This document shows, piece after piece, positions 55,691-62,697 of a DNA stretch of 64,000 bases; positions within the stretch are counted from its first letter, which is position 1; the number at the start of each line of letters is the position of its first letter. The stretch spans positions 1-64,000 of the IMG/VR virus record IMGVR_UViG_3300014775_002125. One strand, 5' to 3'. Under the pieces are notes generated by a model. That model was not told where the DNA came from. It did not search any database and was given only the letters and a program-made list of their open reading frames with translations. Source of the stretch: a virus. The translations under genes were made by a program, and so were the position numbers.

Positions 55691-56836
55691 ATGAAGAAAA
55701 CTATTGGTAGTAACAACCAGATTGTGAATAATACAATCTATCATACCCCTGTCAGCTTCTTTGTTTACGAGGAAGATGTCTACTACAACCAAGAGTACGC
55801 TATCTCTGGGTCCTTCCAAAATAACTTAGGGTCGATCCCACAAGGTTTTACCAAGATTGGCCGACTAAACACTGATAGCCCAGACAATGCGTACCCTTTT
55901 GTTATTAAAGATACGGACAGACAGGCTTTTAGAAGCACCACCAAGTTAGACTACAGAACAAAAAATGGCGGAGAAAATATTACTGGCTCCTATCCGCTAT
56001 CTGCTAGCATCTCTGTGTTTAACTACGGTGCTTCTTTGGGTGCCTCTGAGAGAAAATATTTAAACCCTCTCAGAAATGCAATGACGAGCTATATGACTTT
56101 AAGTAATCATTTTCAGTATAGCTCGTCGTTGCATGGCAGGGATTTTGATAGCACTAATACAACGTTGATCGATATACCCTCAATTTTCTTTGGGTCATCT
56201 TTAAAGAAGGGCTCAGTAAGTTTAAAGTTCTATGTAACTGGAAGTCTTATTGGAGAACTAACAGATGCCAAGAGAAACGGGGAATTAATACAAAGGTCTG
56301 GTTCGGACTCTGCCAATGACGGTAAGGTCGCCGGAGTTGTTCTTTATAATCATGGAGTGGTCTTGTTGACAGGTTCATGGGATATTGATGGGACACACTC
56401 TGAAAGCTATCTTGGAACACCTCAAAGACCTAAATGGAATCACTTTGGGACCTCTCTGATTTCTAGTAGCATTGGATCTTCTTCTTTTTCACTAGATTTT
56501 GAGAGTTCTGTTCAAAAGTCTACTATGATGATGTTTTTGAATGCCTCCAAGGGTGCTTTCAATTTCTCCCATAACAACACCTTCATAGAGGGCAATGAGT
56601 TCAATAAGTTGTGGACTAGTGGTTCTTACAAGTCTAAAGAGCCTGTGAAGAACGCTGCGAATATCGTTTCTGGTTCCTACAACTACGACTCAGCGACCTA
56701 TGAGCCCACCACTTATATTTCTGAGGTCTTTGTCTACGATGATGAGGGCGACGTAATTATGAAAGGTAAACTCGGAAAACCTCTCAGAAAGCGTTTAAAA
56801 GACGACTACACAATTAAACTTAGGTACGACTTGTGA
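55691..56836 (+). CDS. Virion structural protein, paralog of the upstream gene
   Basis: GVVLYNHGVV; FNFSHNNTF..TYISEVFVYDDEG..GKLGKPLRKR..LRYDL. Confidence 0.6.
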   Translation: MKKTIGSNNQIVNNTIYHTPVSFFVYEEDVYYNQEYAISGSFQNNLGSIPQGFTKIGRLNTDSPDNAYPFVIKDTDRQAFRSTTKLDYRTKNGGENITGSYPLSASISVFNYGASLGASERKYLNPLRNAMTSYMTLSNHFQYSSSLHGRDFDSTNTTLIDIPSIFFGSSLKKGSVSLKFYVTGSLIGELTDAKRNGELIQRSGSDSANDGKVAGVVLYNHGVVLLTGSWDIDGTHSESYLGTPQRPKWNHFGTSLISSSIGSSSFSLDFESSVQKSTMMMFLNASKGAFNFSHNNTFIEGNEFNKLWTSGSYKSKEPVKNAANIVSGSYNYDSATYEPTTYISEVFVYDDEGDVIMKGKLGKPLRKRLKDDYTIKLRYDL

Positions 56837-57363
56837 TCTACTTGGGACTTGATATTTCCACTAGCTGCATTGGGATGGCTCTACTCAATGAAAACAAAGA
56901 ACTACTAAAAGAAACCTGCCTTAGACTTGACAAAGCGCCTTACAAGACTTATAGTTTCTATGAGAAGCTAGAAGCGTTTCGCGGATTCCTGTTAGAGTTC
57001 GTTGAGGGCTGTAAGGTTGACTGTGCGGTGGTTGAGCAGGCTTTGGGTGGACATGGAAGAACCTCAGCACAGATCATTCAGAAGTTGGCGAGGTTTAACG
57101 GTGCTTGCAGATACATTGTGTACAGTGAGCTAGGTATTGTTCCAGAAGAGATCCACCCAAGCACTGTCAAAGCTCGCGTAAAACTGAAAGTTCCTAAAGG
57201 CGGCTGTAAGAAAACAGAGACACTCAAGCTAATCACAGAGCTATACCCTCAGTTTACTTATGGATTGACCCGAAGCGGAAACCCTGAGAAGGGCTCCGAT
57301 GACCGTGCAGATGCTATTATGACCGCTCTAGGTTTCATCATTCTTCAAGAAAATTCCAAATAA
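56833..57363 (+). CDS. RuvC-like Holliday junction resolvase
   Basis: YLGLDISTSCIG, AVVEQ, DDRADA acidic catalytic residues; GTGA overlap. Confidence 0.8.
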   Translation: MIYLGLDISTSCIGMALLNENKELLKETCLRLDKAPYKTYSFYEKLEAFRGFLLEFVEGCKVDCAVVEQALGGHGRTSAQIIQKLARFNGACRYIVYSELGIVPEEIHPSTVKARVKLKVPKGGCKKTETLKLITELYPQFTYGLTRSGNPEKGSDDRADAIMTALGFIILQENSK

Positions 57364-57365
57364 TT

Positions 57366-57394
57366 CTTTACTTCCCCCAAAATTATGGTATAGT
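57366..57394 (+). promoter_or_regulatory. Putative early/middle promoter for primase and the repair nuclease
   Basis: CTTTAC-17 bp-TATAGT with a TATGg extended -10; AAGGAGG RBS follows. Confidence 0.55.
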
Positions 57395-57429
57395 CTCTTC
57401 AGGTTCACTCAAGACAAGGAGGAAAGACT

Positions 57430-58386
57430 ATGAGAGAACTAAATGTATTGAATAGAGGCCTTGAGTACGGCTTTCAGGTCGGTTCTGAGCATCTTTACCG
57501 TTGTCCTTATAAAAACTGTAGCTCAAGAAAGCGCCAAGACAAATTCAAAATGTCTATCAATGTCGAGAAGAATTACTATAAGTGTTGGAGTTGTGGTAGA
57601 CGTGGTAGGGGTCTTCACAAGCTTTTAAGGTCTATAGGTCAACGAGGGTTAGCTGAGGAGATGGCTGAGATCCTTGGTGAGTTCTCTGAGGAGGCCTTTG
57701 AGCTACTGTTTGCTGATGATGTAGAGGAAGTTAGAGAGCAATTAAATCTTCCAGAAGGCTATCAGTTTATTCTCAGTGGTAACAACTATCGCTTTCAGAG
57801 GGCCAAACAGTATCTATATGACCGTGGATTGACAGATGACGATTTCTACAGGCTTAAGATTGGGTTATGTACACACGGAGAGTTTTCAGATAGGATTATT
57901 TTCCCTAGTTTTGATGGTGACGGCAATGTGAACTATTTTGTTGGCCGTTATCCGTTTGCTGCAAGGTCGCCTTATAAGGTTCCGAGAGCTAAGAAAAGCG
58001 AGGTGATCTTTAATGAGTACCTAATAGACTGGGAGAAGCCTGTGACAATTGTTGAGGGAGTCTTTGACGGCAAGGGTATTGAAAACTGTATCCCGATTCT
58101 TGGTAGTACACTGTATGATAACCATGTGCTGTTTTCGAAATTATTGGAGCACAAGCCAAAAGTCTACTTAGGGTTAGACAACGACGCTCAAAGCAAAGAA
58201 ATGGAGTTGGCTAAAAGGCTCTTGGGGTGGGGTCTAGATGTTTTTGAGATCCCCACAGAAGACATTGAGGATTTAGGAGCTATTTCAAAAGAGGAGGCTG
58301 AAAGTTTATTAGGAAATTCTATGAGATTGACAGAGGAAGCTATTTTTATGAAACAATTTGAAAGTAATTTGGAGGCTTTATTTTGA
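57430..58386 (+). CDS. DNA primase (DnaG-type, zinc ribbon + TOPRIM)
   Basis: CPYKNC..CWSC; RIIFP..YFVGR; IVEGVFD..LGS..LDND. Confidence 0.85.
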   Translation: MRELNVLNRGLEYGFQVGSEHLYRCPYKNCSSRKRQDKFKMSINVEKNYYKCWSCGRRGRGLHKLLRSIGQRGLAEEMAEILGEFSEEAFELLFADDVEEVREQLNLPEGYQFILSGNNYRFQRAKQYLYDRGLTDDDFYRLKIGLCTHGEFSDRIIFPSFDGDGNVNYFVGRYPFAARSPYKVPRAKKSEVIFNEYLIDWEKPVTIVEGVFDGKGIENCIPILGSTLYDNHVLFSKLLEHKPKVYLGLDNDAQSKEMELAKRLLGWGLDVFEIPTEDIEDLGAISKEEAESLLGNSMRLTEEAIFMKQFESNLEALF

Positions 58387-61300
58387 GACCATTAAAGATT
58401 GCACATATTTCCGACACACACATTAGGATTTTTGATAGACATCTTGAGTATAGACAGTCATTCAAAGATCTGTATGAGCAACTACGAGCTTTTGACCCTG
58501 ATTTTATTGTACATACAGGGGACATTGCACACTCAAAGACGACTATTAGCCCAGAATTCGTAGATTTGTGTACAGATTTTTTGAGAGGTCTGTCAGAAAT
58601 CCAAAAAACTATCATTCTATTAGGGAATCATGACTTAAATCTACGAAACCCTGATAAAACTGATGCGATTACCCCTATTATCCGTGCAATTGACTCAGAA
58701 AACCTAGTAGTACTCAACCAATGCAAGCCTTATGCGCTAACAGATGACGTCAAACTTTATCCGTTCTCTTTGCTGGACGATCAGAGGTGGCCTAAAGCTC
58801 CTGAAAGTGATGATGAGATCTCTATTGCGTTGTTTCATGGGTGTGTTAACGGTGTTGTGACGGACTCTGGAATGACTCTGACGTCTGGTGACCTTGCCGT
58901 AGAGGACTTTGAGCCTTTTGATTATGCATTGTTGGGAGATATTCACTTAGCAGACCAATGTATCGATGAAACTGGGCGTAGAGCTTATCCCGGCAGCACT
59001 ATTCAGCAGAACTTTGGGGAACATGCAGAGAAAGGGTACCTAGAGTGGACTATTAGAGGCAAGGAGGACTTTGATAGGGTCTTTAAGCCTGTATATAACC
59101 CCAGACAGTACCATACAATCATGCTAGAAGACCCTCAGTTGCCCAAAGAAGCTAACATCCCGCCAAACTCTAGGGTGCGCTTGAAGTCTACTAAGAGCTT
59201 TGATCGAGAGACTGTGAAAGGGCTAATCAGAGAGGCTAGAGAGGCTTATTCTACTGATTTTGTACAGGATAACGTTAAGAAAGCCATCTATTTGGACTCT
59301 AAAGAAGACTCTGAGACTGACCTGAGAGAAGATTCGTCGTCACACTTAGAGCTGGTCAAGGAATTCACACAGACGCTAGAGGTTGACGATGAGATCAAAG
59401 AGAAGGCTTATAAGCTCGTTGAAGAAGAACTTGAGAAGGTTGAAAGCTCTGAAGGAATTTCTAAGTTTACTATTAGCTCTTTGGATTTCTCTGGGTTTTT
59501 CAATTATGGTGACGACAACTCTATTAATTTCAAAGATCTCGAAGGTATTTGTGGTATTTTCGGAAAGAACTACTCAGGAAAGACATCGTTAACTGAGACT
59601 ATCACACACAACCTATTTGGAAAGCTCTCAAAGGGCGCCGTAACAAACCTAGACATTGTAAACTATCAGAAAGATGAGGCTAGCTCTGAGGTTATTCTTG
59701 ATGTCGATGGAAGAACTCTCAGTGTTAAAAAGACCTTCGAGAAAACAGGTAAGGGTGCTAAGAAGTCTGCCAAAGGTAACGTGATCGCCCAGTTTCTTGA
59801 TGGTGAGTGTGAAGTGATTGATGGAGAAACTAGTAGAGAGGTGAGCAATGCTGTTAGTGATTTATTGGGTGGCTTTGAAAACTATGGGATGTCTACATTG
59901 GCTTCTCAGTTCGATCCCTTACCATTCATTTCTAAGAAGTCTGGAGATCGTAAAAAGATTCTGTATGATATAATGGGGCTTGAAGTCTGTGAAGAGCTTT
60001 ATGGCAAATTCAAGACTGAGAGAGACCACTATAAGAGGCTTTTGAGCGAGAAAGACATTGATTTTGATAATGAAACAGCGAGCATTAAAGGCACCATCCA
60101 GAAGCTAGAAAGTAAGATGGAGCTTTTAGAGAAAGAACTGGACAAAATCAAAGGCTCTCAAAGCAAAATCACAGAGAAGATTATTGAGGCTAAATCGGAA
60201 CTAAAAGCACTTGAACAAAGCTCTGGTGGTCGTATAGACATTGATCTGGTAGAAAGAAACATCCAGAAATATGAGCGGCATCTAGAGACTGTGAAAACTG
60301 ATGGAATTGACTTGCGGAGAAGGCTTGAGGAAACTAAGAGTCTACTAGAACCTAATTACAACTTCAAGGCCGTAAAACAGAAAATCAGGGAGATGGAGGT
60401 TTACAGGGACTCACAGAGGAAGCTGCAAGATGACCATCAACGTACTCACAGTGACTTGAAACACCTCATGAGAATGTTGGATGTGAACGAGAAGAAAACT
60501 TTAAACATTTCTAAAGTTCCTTGCAACGGAGAGCTTGATTGTTTCTACTTGAAGGATGCCTTTGAAGCTCGTGGTCTTCTAGAAGAAAATAACGAGAGAA
60601 AGAATGAACTTCAGAAAGAACTGGAGGATTTAGAGGTTGGCAAGATCACCAAGGAAGAACTGAGGGAATTTGAAGATAAAATCAAGAACCTCGGAGAAGA
60701 CTTGGACGCTCAGGCTAAACTCCAGAACAAGATCGACAAAATGAACAACGCCATCGAGGACAAAAGGCTACAGTTCGACAAGTTCAGAGGCCTACTAAAC
60801 GAAGCCAAGAAAGACAAAGAGAACTGGGAAAGAAACCAGAACTCTTACGAACTGATGAAAGAACTTGACGGCAAACTAACAGTGCTGAACATGGAACTAT
60901 CAGGACTAAAGGCAGAACAAGAAGACATCGATTTTGACAAGAACCAGAGCCTTAAAAGAATCGGTGCGCTACAAAGAGACCTTGAAGGACTATTCGAATC
61001 TGAGGAAGAACACAAAGAAATCTCAGAGAAGTTCGAAATCCACTCAATGCTCTCAGATGTCTACAGCCCTAAAGGTTTCCCAGCATGGGTCCTTAAATCT
61101 CGTCTCCCACTAGTCAACGAGTTTATCAATGACTTTGTGGACGATGTAGCAGGGTTCAAAGTAGAGCTAGACTTCAAGAAAAGCAAGCTCAACATCTACA
61201 TCACCGATAAGACGTCTAAGAGACCCATTGAGCTAGCTTCAGGGGCAGAGAAGGCTATCACATCACTTGCTCTTAAAGTAGGCCTCAGAAAGCTCTCTAA

Positions 61301-61508
61301 GCTGCCTAAAAGTGATTTCCTGATCCTAGATGAACCCGGAGTTTGGTTGGATGCAGAAAACACTCAAAGATACTCTGATTTCCTTAAAAGAGTCTCAGAA
61401 GAGTTTCGATTCATCCTACTCATCACCCACATGGAAGGTCTTAAAGGCTGCTGTGACAAGATTATAGAAATTGGCCTTAAAGATGATTTTGCCCAAGTAA
61501 ACTTCTAA
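58383..61508 (+). CDS. Fused SbcD/Mre11 nuclease - SbcC/Rad50 ATPase (T4 gp47-gp46-like)
   Basis: HISDTH, TGD, GNHD, FHG, LGDIH, YPGS; Walker A GKNYSGKTS; Q-loop ASQ; coiled coil; ASGAE; LILDEP; ITH. Confidence 0.92.
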   Translation: MRPLKIAHISDTHIRIFDRHLEYRQSFKDLYEQLRAFDPDFIVHTGDIAHSKTTISPEFVDLCTDFLRGLSEIQKTIILLGNHDLNLRNPDKTDAITPIIRAIDSENLVVLNQCKPYALTDDVKLYPFSLLDDQRWPKAPESDDEISIALFHGCVNGVVTDSGMTLTSGDLAVEDFEPFDYALLGDIHLADQCIDETGRRAYPGSTIQQNFGEHAEKGYLEWTIRGKEDFDRVFKPVYNPRQYHTIMLEDPQLPKEANIPPNSRVRLKSTKSFDRETVKGLIREAREAYSTDFVQDNVKKAIYLDSKEDSETDLREDSSSHLELVKEFTQTLEVDDEIKEKAYKLVEEELEKVESSEGISKFTISSLDFSGFFNYGDDNSINFKDLEGICGIFGKNYSGKTSLTETITHNLFGKLSKGAVTNLDIVNYQKDEASSEVILDVDGRTLSVKKTFEKTGKGAKKSAKGNVIAQFLDGECEVIDGETSREVSNAVSDLLGGFENYGMSTLASQFDPLPFISKKSGDRKKILYDIMGLEVCEELYGKFKTERDHYKRLLSEKDIDFDNETASIKGTIQKLESKMELLEKELDKIKGSQSKITEKIIEAKSELKALEQSSGGRIDIDLVERNIQKYERHLETVKTDGIDLRRRLEETKSLLEPNYNFKAVKQKIREMEVYRDSQRKLQDDHQRTHSDLKHLMRMLDVNEKKTLNISKVPCNGELDCFYLKDAFEARGLLEENNERKNELQKELEDLEVGKITKEELREFEDKIKNLGEDLDAQAKLQNKIDKMNNAIEDKRLQFDKFRGLLNEAKKDKENWERNQNSYELMKELDGKLTVLNMELSGLKAEQEDIDFDKNQSLKRIGALQRDLEGLFESEEEHKEISEKFEIHSMLSDVYSPKGFPAWVLKSRLPLVNEFINDFVDDVAGFKVELDFKKSKLNIYITDKTSKRPIELASGAEKAITSLALKVGLRKLSKLPKSDFLILDEPGVWLDAENTQRYSDFLKRVSEEFRFILLITHMEGLKGCCDKIIEIGLKDDFAQVNF

Positions 61509-61585
61509 TCCCCAAAAAACCTCCCAATAAGCCCTCCAAACCCACTATTTAATTCAGAAGTTTGTCAAGAATTTATGGTGGCGTC

Positions 61586-61969
61586 ATGTTATTAATTATC
61601 AAATCCTTCTTTAAAAAATACTGGCTCTATGTCTTGATCGGACTGCTAGTAGTAATCTCCCTTGCTGTTCTCTTCCTTAAGCCTAACGCATCTGATAAAA
61701 TCAAAAAGGTCATCAAGTCTTTCGAGGACGAGATTGACGTGATTGATAAAAACAACAAGGTGCGCCAAGAGCAAAACAAAAAGAACGCAGAAAACTATCA
61801 GAAAACCTTAGAGAAGATCCAAAAAGACTATGCGGAAGACTCTAAGAAGATTGATAGAGCTAAGAAAAAAAGAATCAAAGAGTTAACCAAGGACATGCAA
61901 AAAGAAGTCGATGAGAAAACCATTGACGACATTGCTAGAAATTTAGGGTTAGAAAAGTATGAAAAGTAA
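61586..61969 (+). CDS. Membrane-anchored coiled-coil protein (i-spanin-like topology)
   Basis: Basic N-terminus, one TM helix (WLYVLIGLLVVISLAVLFL), K/E-rich coiled coil; ATG at 61586. Confidence 0.5.
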   Translation: MLLIIKSFFKKYWLYVLIGLLVVISLAVLFLKPNASDKIKKVIKSFEDEIDVIDKNNKVRQEQNKKNAENYQKTLEKIQKDYAEDSKKIDRAKKKRIKELTKDMQKEVDEKTIDDIARNLGLEKYEK

Positions 61970-62396
61970 GTTGTTTGTATTTATTGTGTTATTCATGTTT
62001 ATTGTTCCCAGAGTTTCCTTCTCTAAGCCTGTTTATAAAAAGCTAAAGAAAGGACAAGAAGCTCCATTCACAGGTGTTCTTTTGAGCTTTGAGTCATTTG
62101 CAAAACTAGCAGCAGACAAAGAAGCAACAAAGAAAAAACATGAACTAGACAAAAAGACACTTGAGAAGAAACTTAAAGCAGAACACCAGTACCAGCTAAA
62201 CTCCTGCAAGATCAATCTCAACGTGGCTAAAAACATCTGTGAACAGCGTCTAGTTATCCATAAAGACCGCTATCAGATGTGCCTTAAGTCCCAGACAAAT
62301 CCAGTTCTCTACGGGTTTCTTGGGTATCTATTAGGTGTTGGAACTGTTATTGGTGCTGGTTATGCTCTGGGAGGGGTGTCTAATGCTTTCAAATGA
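61959..62396 (+). CDS. Secreted/membrane protein with coiled coil and C-terminal Gly-rich helix
   Basis: Signal-peptide-like N-terminus; LKKGQEAPFTGVLL; C-terminal GFLGYLLGVGTVIGAGYALGG. Confidence 0.55.
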   Translation: MKSKLFVFIVLFMFIVPRVSFSKPVYKKLKKGQEAPFTGVLLSFESFAKLAADKEATKKKHELDKKTLEKKLKAEHQYQLNSCKINLNVAKNICEQRLVIHKDRYQMCLKSQTNPVLYGFLGYLLGVGTVIGAGYALGGVSNAFK

Positions 62397-62697
62397 ACAA
62401 TACTTTCTTAAAGAACTCGAAAAAACTCTTGAAAAATCCTATGGAAAAGAAATTCTAGTAGACCCTAAAGATAACTGGGATGCCGAAAAAGAAGAGAAGT
62501 TTAAAGAGTCACGAAGAGCCATCGATAAGAAGATCCGCAAGAATTTTAAAAGTTTACCACTAGTTAAATGCTCTGAGTGCCATAAAGAATTACTGCACTC
62601 AAAAGATCGAGCGTATATTTATGAGTATGGTATTTGCTTAACATGTTATAACCACAAAGAAGATTTTAAAGGACTCAAAAATGAACCTCAAAATTGA
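62383..62697 (+). CDS. Small zinc-finger protein
   Basis: CSEC..CLTC; ATG 62383 after GGAGGGG. Confidence 0.6.
   Translation: MLSNEQYFLKELEKTLEKSYGKEILVDPKDNWDAEKEEKFKESRRAIDKKIRKNFKSLPLVKCSECHKELLHSKDRAYIYEYGICLTCYNHKEDFKGLKNEPQN

Noticed and set aside
30144-56836. T6SS/eCIS interpretation of the gp5/gp25/gp6 homologs
   Set aside because: The module is contiguous with phage primase, resolvase, gp46/47-like, late sigma, dUTPase and PhoH genes; no T6SS membrane complex or eCIS ATPase is present.
56833-57363. RuvC domain as a TnpB/Cas12-like effector
   Set aside because: Only 176 aa, with no zinc ribbon or recognition lobe and no array; the context next to primase fits a resolvase.
57430-61508. 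Inteins or introns in the replication genes
   Set aside because: Lengths and motif spacing are accounted for; no intein-like C..HN(S/T/C) ends or reading-frame interruptions were seen.
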